From: Histomonas meleagridis 2922-C6/04-290x
Lineage: Eukaryota; Protista; Parabasalia
Length of the DNA: 64,000 bases
Assembly: GCA_020184695.1 (NCBI GenBank)
Contig: JAANOX010000029.1
Coordinates: 163,628 to 227,627, forward strand
Direction of reading: 5' to 3'
Positions 23,046 through 33,603 of this stretch are shown one piece after another (position 1 is the first letter of the stretch; every line of letters begins with the position of its first letter). The position numbers and the translations under genes are program-made. A model generated the notes under the pieces. The model searched no databases, was not told the DNA's origin, and worked only from the letters and a program-made list of their open reading frames with translations.

Positions 23046-24644
23046 ATGGAGCAACAACTTCAGTCTCAGGCATCATTAACTGCCCCATCAATGGAAGTGT
23101 TTGACTTTGCCATTGATAAGATCCACGACCCACGTAATGAGAAGATCACTCGTACCCAACTTCTCTCTGAACATGCTGTAAGTTCATTTTTACTCGTATC
23201 TCTTTACCAAAAGCTTTATGGTCGTCACCTTAGAATTGAACACTCTCTTGGAGATGGTTTTTATTATATCGATTCCACTGAAGAACCAATTACCGAGCAA
23301 CAAATTGATGAAATTCGAAAGGAATTCACTCAACTTGTTAACAACGACACTCCTTTAGAGCTTAGCACTATGCCACGAGCAGAACTTATTAAATACTTCA
23401 AGTCAATCAAATGTCAAGATAAAGTCGGAGTTTTAAAGGCATGGCAAGATGCTAACATCCCAATCATTCGATGTGGAGAATTCCTTGATTATGTCATTGA
23501 ACCCATGAGTACCGATAAAAACAGACTTACAATATTCGAAATCCGCAAATATGAACAAGGACTTCTTATGCGGCTTCCAACCATGCTTAATCCAACTTCT
23601 ATCAAAGAGTACAAAGATCCTAAAGTCCTTCATGAGATGTTTAGTGAGTATGCCGCATGGGCCAAATTAACAAATGTCGATTGTGTTTCCAAACTTAACA
23701 ATGCAATCTATACTGGCGAAATCATGAAGATCAAATTAGTTGCCGAAGGTCTTCACGAAAAGAAGATCAGCAAAATTGCATCCAAATTATGTAAGAATTT
23801 CAACTCAAAGAGAGTTATTACAGTTGCAGGTCCATCATCCTCAAACAAGACAACATTTGCCAAGCGTTTAGAAATCCAATTGAACGTCAATGGATATGAA
23901 GCAACAGTTATCGAAATGGACGATTACTTCCAAGACACCTGTAAAATCCCATTCGGAGAGGATGGGCTTCAAGACTTCGAACATATCTCAGCCATGAACC
24001 TTGAACTTCTTGGACAAAGAGTTCATGAATTACTAGAAGGTAAATCAATCCCAAGAAGGAAGTTCAACTTCAAACGTGGAGTCGGCGAAGATAATCCTAA
24101 GCAAAGGCTAAGGCTTAAGCCAAACGCATTTTTGATTCTTGAAGGAATTCATGGATTAAATCCTGAACTTCTTAAATGCCTTGGAACTAGTAATGTTACA
24201 CCTATTTATGTCTCTGCTTTGACCCCGTTGAACATTGATTACAACCATAGGTTCCCGACAAGTGATTTAAGATTGATAAGAAGAATTATCCGTGACCATC
24301 AATTCCGTGGCCAATCACCTAGGACAACAATTAGAAGATGGACAAGCGTTAGAGTTGGTGAAGAAAGGAATATTTTCCCATATCAAGCAAATGCTCAACT
24401 TTTCTTCAATTCTTCAATGGTTTATGAGTTACCAGTTCTTTCGATCTTTGGAAAGGTTTTATTGTCAGAAGCAACAGAACCAAGTAAAGATGAAGATCCA
24501 GACTCACCAGAAGCAATTGAAACCACAAATGAAGCAAGAAGATTGCTCGGATTGCTTAACTTCTTCTATCCATTGTCACCAGAAGTTGCACCTCCAACTT
24601 CATGCATCAGAGAGTTCATCGGAAACTCTGAATTGAAGTACTAA
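23046..24644 (+). CDS. uridine kinase/phosphoribulokinase-family protein with N-terminal ThrRS/AlaRS-like domain (bacterial-type nucleoside kinase architecture)
   Basis: HSLGDGFYY N-domain; AGPSSSNKTTF P-loop, MDDYF, ILEGIHGLNP, DLRLIRRIIRD, GEERNIFPYQ, FNSSMVYEL. Confidence 0.85.
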   Translation: MEQQLQSQASLTAPSMEVFDFAIDKIHDPRNEKITRTQLLSEHAVSSFLLVSLYQKLYGRHLRIEHSLGDGFYYIDSTEEPITEQQIDEIRKEFTQLVNNDTPLELSTMPRAELIKYFKSIKCQDKVGVLKAWQDANIPIIRCGEFLDYVIEPMSTDKNRLTIFEIRKYEQGLLMRLPTMLNPTSIKEYKDPKVLHEMFSEYAAWAKLTNVDCVSKLNNAIYTGEIMKIKLVAEGLHEKKISKIASKLCKNFNSKRVITVAGPSSSNKTTFAKRLEIQLNVNGYEATVIEMDDYFQDTCKIPFGEDGLQDFEHISAMNLELLGQRVHELLEGKSIPRRKFNFKRGVGEDNPKQRLRLKPNAFLILEGIHGLNPELLKCLGTSNVTPIYVSALTPLNIDYNHRFPTSDLRLIRRIIRDHQFRGQSPRTTIRRWTSVRVGEERNIFPYQANAQLFFNSSMVYELPVLSIFGKVLLSEATEPSKDEDPDSPEAIETTNEARRLLGLLNFFYPLSPEVAPPTSCIREFIGNSELKY

Positions 24645-24820
24645 AAACTCTTTTGAAACAATAGAACTTTCTATTGTAAAGTAAAAAGTGACTGATTTTG
24701 ATTTTTGTTTATGTGGTCGAACAAACTTAGTCAAAAGAGAAAATAATTAATTTTCAGAACTTTACTTTGTATTTTTTATCGTTTGAAAATGGATGAAATA
24801 ATTCGTAATTAAAGCTTTAC

Positions 24821-25408
<588 letters not shown>

Positions 25409-25654
25409 TCATATTTCAGAATGAAAATGATCGGCATAATTCAAACACGACAATAACAAACTTGGTTAAAACTGAACGATAAGATATATGCAAGATTTTT
25501 TACTTATATCAATAGCACATTTAAAGATCGAACCTTGGCACATTTCCATTGAAAATTTTTAAGTTTATTTATTATTAACCATGTGCACATATGATACATT
25601 TTAAAATGTTGAAGTAAATTCTTAATCAGTTTTTTTGAATTTAATTTTTTGTTT

Positions 25655-25872
25655 GATTTAACAATTTCTATATGACCATTTTGAGATGCATAAATAAATG
25701 CTGTTTTAAATTATTTAAATAATTTTCAAATATTTTTTAAAAATATGAATTACAAAAATAAATTTCAAATAAAACAAATAAATATCTTTTTTATTAATAT
25801 CAAATCCTTCTTGTTCAAGAGTAATTTAATTATTTCTTTATTACCTTTTTTAGATGCTACTATTTTTACCAT
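25655..25872 (-). pseudogene. ankyrin-module remnant with one 79-nt AT-rich spacer (same family as 26528-27867)
   Basis: ASKKGNKEIIKLL-(1-nt deletion)-EQEGFDINKKD, spacer 25783-25705, then TAFIYASQNGHIEIVK. Confidence 0.7.
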
Positions 25873-26483
25873 TTGATCTTGATTAAATTATAATTAAAAT
25901 ATATTTTAATTTTAAATAGTAAAATTATTTTCTGACTATATTTTCTTCTGTAGTTAACCTAATATCAACTTCAATTTGTGTTACTTTTTCCTCATTAATA
26001 CAGACTAAAAAAAAAAATATAACAAAAAAAATATTGTGGCATAAATAGATATAGAAATTCCGGATCGTTGCGATAAAGGGGAAGAATATATAGTAGAAGT
26101 TTTAGGTTTTTTCGATTATCATAATATCTGGTGAACGTTTAGTCAGAACGTATGACAATGTCACTTTTTAAAATTGAGAAGTTGAACATTTTTTATTAAT
26201 GATCCTCGAGCTCTCACTTACGCATTAACGAACAAAACTGGTTGAGGTGAGCTTCGTATTGTCATCAAAAACGAGACATAATAACTTGAATTTCCTGCAT
26301 GTGAAACATCAGAAAGTTAAACAAAATGAATTTCTTTTGTTTTTGATATCACGTGATACTTTTTCTAAAACCGACAAACCGTTGTCAGATCGATTTGAAT
26401 GGGGGATAGTGCCCATACAATACAAAATAATATTTGTATAACTTGCAAAAAGTGTAAAAAGGTATTTGCCACTTTTTCATGAA

Positions 26484-26527
26484 AAAGTGACAAGTGTCAT
26501 ACGTTCTGTTTAGCCAAACATTTTCAA
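26484..26527 (+). promoter_or_regulatory. AAAGTGAC (M2-like) motif and TTTTCA initiator-like site upstream of the interrupted ankyrin gene
   Basis: AAAGTGAC at 26484-26491; TTTTCAA directly before ATG 26528; AACCGTT (M3/Myb-like) at 26377-26383. Confidence 0.5.
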
Positions 26528-27867
26528 ATGAAAAATAATGGAAATTTTGTGCTTTCAACTGGCAATAGTCAAATTGAAGTAGATAAATCAATTCTTAAAC
26601 AAGGAGGTAATATTAGCGTTGATATTTATTTGATTATTTCAAAATTTATTTAAAAAGTTTGATATTAAAAAACAACATTTCGCAATTGTTTATATTATTT
26701 TATCTCGAGTTTTTTGAATCATCTAGAAATGGTGACATTGGAAAGATCAAATTACTTCTTGAACAAGGAGGAGTTGATGTTAATGCTCGAGACATTAATT
26801 TATTTTATTTAATATTCATTTTAATAAATTAAGATTTTAAAATAATATTTAGAAATTATTTAATATATTTAATACAGCACTTATAATTGCATCAGATAAA
26901 GGTCATGCAGAATTAGTTAAATTCCTACTTAGACAAAAAGGAATTGATATTAATGCGGAAAATATTTATATGTTTTATTTGAAATTTATTTAAATAATTT
27001 TATATTTGAAAATAATATTTGGAAATTAATTAAATTATTTTATACAGCACTTATCAGAGCATCTTCAAATGGTCATACAGAAATAGTTAAAATACTTCTT
27101 GAACATGAAGGAATTGATATTACTTGTTCTGATATACTTTTAATTTATAAAATATTTATAATTATAATTTTTGATTTGAAAATAATATTTGATGATTATT
27201 CAAAATATATGAAAACGCTATTATAAAAGCAATTTATCAAGGGAATACAGAAGTACTTAAATTATTACTACAAAATGAAAAAGTTGATATCAATGCTCGT
27301 TATATTATTTAATTTCATTTTTGGTTTATATAAATTTTTTGATATATCAAAATAACATTTATGATTTGTTATGATTATATGAAACAGCGCTTTGTTTTGC
27401 TTCTCGCTATAAAAACGTAGAAATTGTAAAAATTATACTTGAGCAAAAAGGGGTTGATGTAAATTGTAGAGCTATTTAATATTTTTATTTTATGTTTATA
27501 TTAATTTTTTGGAAATTCTAAGTAATTTTTGGAAATTATTTATATTATTTTCAACACCACTTATGAAAGCTTCTTATATTGGTAATAAAGAAATCGTTGA
27601 ATTACTACTAGAACAGGATGAAATTGATATCTTTGCTCAAGATATATATCAAAATTTTTTAATATTTATTTTATAAAATTAGGATTTGATAAAAATATTT
27701 GGAAATTATATAAAATATTTGATACAGCAATTATGTATGCATATGAGAAAGGTAATACAGATATTGTAAACATATTATTAAAATATGAAAAGAAATATAT
27801 CCCAGAGAAAATGACTTGTGAGCTTTCCAAATATATTGACGAGCTTCAACGTGAAGAACAATATTAA
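26528..27867 (+). CDS. interrupted ankyrin-repeat gene: 8 coding modules separated by seven 80-nt frame-breaking spacers
   Basis: ATG 26528 (MKNNGNF...QGGNISVD); modules start at 26704, 26874, 27044, 27214, 27384, 27554, 27724 (e.g. TALIIASDKGHAELVKFLLRQKGIDINAEN, TALIRASSNGHTEIVKILLEHEGIDITCSD); each module is stop-free; last ends ...QREEQY TAA at 27867. Confidence 0.75.
26624..27723 (+). repeat. 170-nt-period array; spacers at 26624-26703, 26794-26873, 26964-27043, 27134-27213, 27304-27383, 27474-27553, 27644-27723
   Basis: All seven spacers counted as exactly 80 nt, start with AT, share AAAATAATATTTGGAAATT-like motif at the same offset. Confidence 0.9.
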
Positions 27868-27961
27868 ATGATTTTCTTTCCCTAAAATGAAATCCAATAA
27901 AAAACCAAATAAATTTTATCATCGCATTTAAGATCTTAAAAAAATTAATCCTTTATTTTTA

Positions 27962-28510
27962 TTATGATAACATGTCAAAATCATCGAATTCTTCATTGTA
28001 TTCTTTGACGTGAGCCTCGATCTTAGATCCATGAGTCCATTGAATAAAATCTTCCATCTCTTTAGAAACAAGAGTTGCTGGATTGGTTATAACGTCAGGG
28101 CCGATGCGAACATGACCTTGACAAACATATTTATCTGCTTCAGATACTCTTTCGCAAAACTTCAAAGAAACAAGAACAACAGGAAGTCTCCTTTTGCAAA
28201 TGGAGGAAACGTTGATTTTTTCACATTCGGATAATGTTGGAACATTAATTAAACCAAGCTTATATACTCTATCAACAAATCTATTGGTAAGTTCAATCCT
28301 AATTGCATTGTCTGGACTCATTTGACGTATGAAATTTACGAAATTCTGGATTTTCCCTACTAGTCTATTATAATTATGGTATTCGTCAGAACTCTTAAGA
28401 CTGAAACGTGACATAACTTCTCCGACTCTTAGATTGTTTTCTCTTTTCCAGTGGATTAAATTTGTCTTTTTTAAAAGTTTTTGTTCATGAAATTTTAGCT
28501 TTCTTCCCAT
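27962..28510 (-). CDS. IMP3: U3 snoRNP protein IMP3 (S4 domain)
   Basis: MGRKLKFHEQKLLKKTNL...CKRRLPVVLV...QGHVRIGPDVITNPATLVSKEMEDFIQW. Confidence 0.93.
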   Translation of the reverse strand: MGRKLKFHEQKLLKKTNLIHWKRENNLRVGEVMSRFSLKSSDEYHNYNRLVGKIQNFVNFIRQMSPDNAIRIELTNRFVDRVYKLGLINVPTLSECEKINVSSICKRRLPVVLVSLKFCERVSEADKYVCQGHVRIGPDVITNPATLVSKEMEDFIQWTHGSKIEAHVKEYNEEFDDFDMLS

Positions 28511-28892
28511 TTTTAATGGCCAAAAACATGTAGGGCACCCCAAAATTTTGGCACATGGTTGAAAAAACCAATGAAATCTTAACTTTTTTAGGATTTTGGT
28601 AGATATCCTGTGAAATCAAGAAAAAATATACAAACGAAAATCAATATTTTCTTCTTTTAGATGAATAGATACAATTAAAATTATACTTTCGGATTAATTA
28701 ACATGTTTAATTATTCTAATTGTATCACTTACGCTTTTAAAAGTCACAATCATGATTTTAATTTTCTTTAAAATATTAATGTATTTAAATGTACCTGCAT
28801 TAGGAACTATGAAGAAGAATATTTATGTAAAAACTATGAATAAAGTGGTTATCAACAATATGTTTTTTGAATGAAACCCAGGCCAAAGAAAA

Positions 28893-29717
28893 ATGAGCGA
28901 TGGCCATGAGGGGACAGAGGCATTTGTATTTTTACTTAAAATATTCTTTCAAGCGGGTATCCTTTTTCTTGTTTCAATTGTCGTGGTAATATGCGGAGGT
29001 GTTTTTTGGTCAAAAAGTAACATTGGAAACATTAACAACGACTTGCAATCTTTGGTTTCCCTTCCGTTAACGCCTTCCTATGAAAACCCACGTGATATAT
29101 ATATTGTTTCAAATCTAACCAGTCATTCTATTTATGACAATAATAATTTTTCGATTAATTATCCTGTTACTATTTCTACTAGGACTACTATTTCATTCTA
29201 TATCATACATAATATGTTTGGTTATAGCATTAACATGAGTACTCATGTTGACGAAGAAGAAACTAATATTAAAGTTGATTTTAACACAAATCCGGAAAAT
29301 ATCACAAGTATTGAATTCCGATACTTTAATCAACTTGATCTTGATACATCCATATTTAGAGTTGATGGAGATTATTTTAAAGTTTGGTGCCCATCTTCAT
29401 CACTCATTACAAAACATTATGGCATTGACCAAAAATGTTTTGCAGGTGAATATCCAATGAAAATTGATGGTAAGTATACTGTTTCTTACATTGGCGAAGG
29501 CAAAATCTCTGAGACGCAAAATATTATTGATTTTTATAATTCAACGTTCATTCTGAATAATTACATTGACACTCCACAAGCGTTTCTGTGCGCTGGATTT
29601 TCTGGTGAAGCAAGTTCTCCTGCTTGGAAAATAGTAACTATTGTTTTCATTGTGATTTCTTCTCTTGCACTGATAGAGATAATTGCTGTGATTGTGTGCT
29701 GCAATATAAAAGTATAA
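28893..29717 (+). CDS. two-TM membrane protein with large extracellular loop (paralog of 48689-49471)
   Basis: TM near both ends; shares SLPLTPSxxNPRDIYIVSNLT, WCPSSSLIT and EYPMK with the second copy. Confidence 0.75.
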   Translation: MSDGHEGTEAFVFLLKIFFQAGILFLVSIVVVICGGVFWSKSNIGNINNDLQSLVSLPLTPSYENPRDIYIVSNLTSHSIYDNNNFSINYPVTISTRTTISFYIIHNMFGYSINMSTHVDEEETNIKVDFNTNPENITSIEFRYFNQLDLDTSIFRVDGDYFKVWCPSSSLITKHYGIDQKCFAGEYPMKIDGKYTVSYIGEGKISETQNIIDFYNSTFILNNYIDTPQAFLCAGFSGEASSPAWKIVTIVFIVISSLALIEIIAVIVCCNIKV

Positions 29718-29821
29718 CAGCGTATAGCAACACATGTTTAAAATACATTTTCTGTGTTAAGATGAAAGTAATAAAACAAAATGATGAAACGAAAAAATTA
29801 AACTTAAAAAGGTTTAAAGAT

Positions 29822-30184
29822 TTAGTGTAATTTTAATGTAACTGATACGTTTCCTTTCCCAAATACCTTCAATAAATCGCTTTTTGTTACATTATTTATT
29901 TTTCCAATTCTTGTAAAGTTCCAAGAATTATGATCATAATAAATTACAAATGTTGTTCCGAGGTATAAAATTATGTCGCCAGGACCAGTTGAAAATTGTT
30001 CATCATTTGTTGGGAGCTTAGTGCCAATAGGCCCCATTTTTTCCATATTTCCATAATCAGACATTTGAATTGTTAATGGACCCTTTTTCAATAAATCGAT
30101 TAAAGCAGCAGTTGAAGAATTATCAACTAAGTCAGCATTAAAAGTATGGTCGCCAACAACTATGTCTAAAGTTTGGGATAACAT
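29822..30184 (-). CDS. cyclophilin-like fold protein (small bacterial-type family)
   Basis: FNADLVDNSSTAALIDLL...PLTIQMSDYGNMEK...GDIILYLGTTFVIYY...FTRIGKI; ATG 30184. Confidence 0.75.
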   Translation of the reverse strand: MLSQTLDIVVGDHTFNADLVDNSSTAALIDLLKKGPLTIQMSDYGNMEKMGPIGTKLPTNDEQFSTGPGDIILYLGTTFVIYYDHNSWNFTRIGKINNVTKSDLLKVFGKGNVSVTLKLH

Positions 30185-31073
30185 TGAGAAAATGAGGTAA
30201 TAATTTTGGGAGATATCTTCGATAAAATTTGAATCAGATAACCGAAATCCTGTGATCAATTTTTCAAGTCAACTTACGGTTTTAAAACTGAAATTTATCG
30301 AAGATAATTGAATTTTTTGAGTCTATTTTGATCGAAAAAGTAAGATTTTTCAAATTTTTTTATAACAACTTTTTCTCTATTTCAAGCTTTTGACTAAAGA
30401 AAACATACTAACATTTTATTTTATGCAATAATTTTCCTTAATTTCAACTGAAATAAGTGAATAAAAGAGGTGTATCTACATAAATCGTTAAATATTTTAC
30501 AAGGAAAAATTTTGACTCTTTGTGATTATTATGTTTGCTTGAATATTCAATAACATGTTAAGAACATTAAATCATTTGTTCATAAGTTTTTATGAATGCA
30601 CAAAGATGCAAGACTACAATTCCAAAAACAAAATAATTGGAAAATTAAATTCAATCCAATCATATGCTTTTTTAGATTTATCATTTAAGTGAATAAATAA
30701 TAAATATGCTTCAACTATAAACATTTTTTACCTATTATTGAAATAAGCGTAAGAAAGTAAGAACCCCATGTAGACAAAAAATAGTTTTTCACAGCTTCTT
30801 GCTTTATTTCATCTGCCTCTAGTTTAGGAAACTCTCTATAATATTAATTAGCATAATGTAAATCATTTCTCGATTTATTCTCTACAGATAATAAATAAAT
30901 ATATTATTGTAATACAAATGAATCTTTTATTAAGGCAAACCATAAACTCTGAAATAAATATATAATAAAAAATTTCAAATAAAATTGGACTTTATAATAA
31001 TATATATTAAATTTAAACCAAAATAATATCAATAAAACATTAAAAATATTTCTAAAAATTCTATTTACAAAAC

Positions 31074-32414
31074 TTAAAAAGGATAAAAAGTATCTCTTGG
31101 GATACCTCTAATCTTTGGTAGTGGAGGCAAATACCTTTTTGTTTCTGTATCAGCGATTCTATGGAACGACGCAACGAACACGAAATTCTTTGGGCTTGAT
31201 GAAGGCGTACATTCTCTAATTACTGAAACTATTCTATTTTGTGGATTATTCACATTTCCAACATACTCATAAAAGAAATAATATTTCATTAACTCAATCG
31301 GAGAACTAATTCCAGCACAATTATCTCTCATTTGAACCCAATCGTTCTCATACATTGGGTTCGCAGTTCCAAGTTTCGAAAAATATGAAAAACGAGTGAA
31401 ATCTATTGTTGGTGGACTTGTATTAGTTCCATATGTACATCCGCCAATAGTTTCGACACCGAAAAGTAAAGGTGTATAATGTACAGATCCTTCTTCACAT
31501 GTTACACCAAATGGAATTGGAAATGATCCTTTTGTACTTTTTGGCAACAACAATGTGCCATTTTCGACTTGCGCAACAATAATTGGTTGACCATAAGCAT
31601 ATCCAATTTCACCTGATCGTGGAAGTGCATTTGGATTTTGTGATTCGGACTCAAAATGAACATTAACATCTGTAGTATAAACACTTGATGTCGTAGTCGT
31701 ATCATGTGGAACAATAGTTAGATTAACACTAACAAGATCTAATGTTATACTATTATAGAAAAAGATATAGCTAAGACTTTTGGCATAAAGACCACTTGGT
31801 GAATCATATCCAACGATATTATAATTGAGAGGTATATTTTCGGTTGATCGCGGAGACCGTTTAAATTGCGTTTGAATGAAATTTGTTACATCAAGTTGCG
31901 ATGCAGCGAGATCTGTAACAGTACATGTGGAGACTTGAATTGGTTTGAGGAATTGTATTGGAAGGATACGGGAACATTGTGAGTTGATTAATGTTGAAGT
32001 TGGAAGATAAAATATGGTATCATCAGATGTTAATAAACTGTCTCCATAATTATAAGTAGATGATGTTGGAGTAGTTGTAGAGGATGTATCATAAATACTT
32101 TCCGGTTCATATTTTACATTAGCTGATGTAGAATAATGAGTGGTAGATTGTGTACTACGATGATCTGAATTTAAACAAAAGATTTCAGAAAAGGCCCATT
32201 TGTCAAGTGAACCTTTTGTACTAAATCTGCTACTTGGACATCGATTTAACTTGTCTGAATAAAGTGGATATGAATCATCATTTTGTGTGGAACAATCTTC
32301 ATCACATGAGCAATTCGCATCACAAACACCATTGTTAATATCGCAAGGGCAGTAACTGTTGGAAATTACAAATTCCTTTGTGAAAATGCTTGTGAATAAA
32401 ATCACTAAAAACAT
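31074..32414 (-). CDS. TCTN: tectonic family (DUF1619) ciliary transition-zone protein
   Basis: Signal peptide; CPCDINNGVCDANCSCDEDC N-terminal motif; SGEIGYAYGQP; C-terminal PRDTFYPF. Confidence 0.85.
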   Translation of the reverse strand: MFLVILFTSIFTKEFVISNSYCPCDINNGVCDANCSCDEDCSTQNDDSYPLYSDKLNRCPSSRFSTKGSLDKWAFSEIFCLNSDHRSTQSTTHYSTSANVKYEPESIYDTSSTTTPTSSTYNYGDSLLTSDDTIFYLPTSTLINSQCSRILPIQFLKPIQVSTCTVTDLAASQLDVTNFIQTQFKRSPRSTENIPLNYNIVGYDSPSGLYAKSLSYIFFYNSITLDLVSVNLTIVPHDTTTTSSVYTTDVNVHFESESQNPNALPRSGEIGYAYGQPIIVAQVENGTLLLPKSTKGSFPIPFGVTCEEGSVHYTPLLFGVETIGGCTYGTNTSPPTIDFTRFSYFSKLGTANPMYENDWVQMRDNCAGISSPIELMKYYFFYEYVGNVNNPQNRIVSVIRECTPSSSPKNFVFVASFHRIADTETKRYLPPLPKIRGIPRDTFYPF

Positions 32415-32591
32415 TTTTTTGCTTTAGATTAAAAACGTTTTTCATTTAGGACACCCCAACAATAGCAGTTTTTGAATAAAGCGTATCGGATATGTAAAAT
32501 GTATTGTTTTTGATCGTTAAGTGTAAATATAATAACGACAGGAAATTTCAGCGTAAAATGGCGGTTGCTGTTACGGGCTGGTAAATTTGCA

Positions 32592-33269
32592 ATGAAGAAA
32601 ATGAGTGGTATAATCAAGAAAAAAGGCCGACATGCTATGCAAGGTTATAAAGACAGAGAGTTTGTTGTCGGTGAAGACGGATATTTTCGATATGGTCCCC
32701 CTGGAGACAAAAATAAATGGGTAAAAAAAATTAAGTTATCCGATATATCAGAAATTGAACCTTACAACAACCCAGAAATAGCTCATTGTTTTATAATAAC
32801 CAAGAGAGATGGCCGTATTCTATATTTCGCAGCACAAACAGATCAAGAAAAATGGAATTGGATCACAGGTTTTCGCGAAGCTGTATTAATTAACGTATCG
32901 CCAGAATGGTCTCCTGTTAATGAAGTATCATTCTATAATAGTCATCAAAAATTTATAGCGTTGCTCAAATTATCCAAAGTTACAATGACAAACATTTGGA
33001 GATGGCGATATTTTTACATTGATGAGTACGAAATAACTTATTTCGCTGATCCAACACTTGGTGAAAAGCTTGGAAGATTCAAAATATCAAATGTAACCAA
33101 TGTAAAGCAAATCACCAATAAGCATGGACGCGATCTTTTGCTTCAAGTCGATGTTAAGCTTCCTGGAAAGCGCTCATATTTCTTTTCTCATCCCGATACA
33201 GATGCTCTTGAAGAATTTTACAAGATTGTGAACATTGAACGTCCGAAAAAGAAAATGAAGTTTTGGTAA
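32592..33269 (+). CDS. tandem PH-domain protein
   Basis: Two PH units: ...LYFAAQTDQEKWNWITGF and WRWRYFYI...YFFSHPDTDALEEFYKIV. Confidence 0.75.
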   Translation: MKKMSGIIKKKGRHAMQGYKDREFVVGEDGYFRYGPPGDKNKWVKKIKLSDISEIEPYNNPEIAHCFIITKRDGRILYFAAQTDQEKWNWITGFREAVLINVSPEWSPVNEVSFYNSHQKFIALLKLSKVTMTNIWRWRYFYIDEYEITYFADPTLGEKLGRFKISNVTNVKQITNKHGRDLLLQVDVKLPGKRSYFFSHPDTDALEEFYKIVNIERPKKKMKFW

Positions 33270-33603
33270 GCACATATACATCCTGAATAAATTACTCGGG
33301 TTTTTAATATTTATACAAGAACTAATAAAAATATAACGCCGATAAATACAAAATCAATATTTTATACAAAAGTGGCTATACGAAAAACCGTTTAATACAT
33401 TTTTTTGATGGTGCACAACATTGAGTGTGCGTTGGGATAATTTTACGTGATTCAAACATTTGTTGCAACTTTGGAAAGAAGAGAAACAATATGCGTTTGT
33501 ATATAGATCTATTAAATGTCTCAGTTAATAATCAATTTTCTAAAATATTTTGTTCATTACTAAAATATATCCTTGTATGAGAACACTATCATCCTTGAAA
33601 AGT

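Noticed and set aside
26040-26260. Possible repeat shared with 55860-56040 (TGTCACTTTTAAAAT)
   Set aside because: Similarity is limited to ~15 nt around the reverse AAAGTGAC motif; insufficient to call a repeat family.
26624-27725. U12-type AT-AC introns (spacers start AT, next codon starts AC)
   Set aside because: No ATATCCTT donor or TCCTTAAC branch site, and AT..AC excision (82 or 84 nt) does not restore the frame.
26624-27727. Canonical GT-AG splicing of the ankyrin spacers using the ACAG at the start of the TAL codons as acceptor
   Set aside because: Three spacers have no GT, three junctions lack the AG (CTCG, AACG, ACAC), there is no ACTAAC branch motif, and using that AG would delete the conserved Thr.
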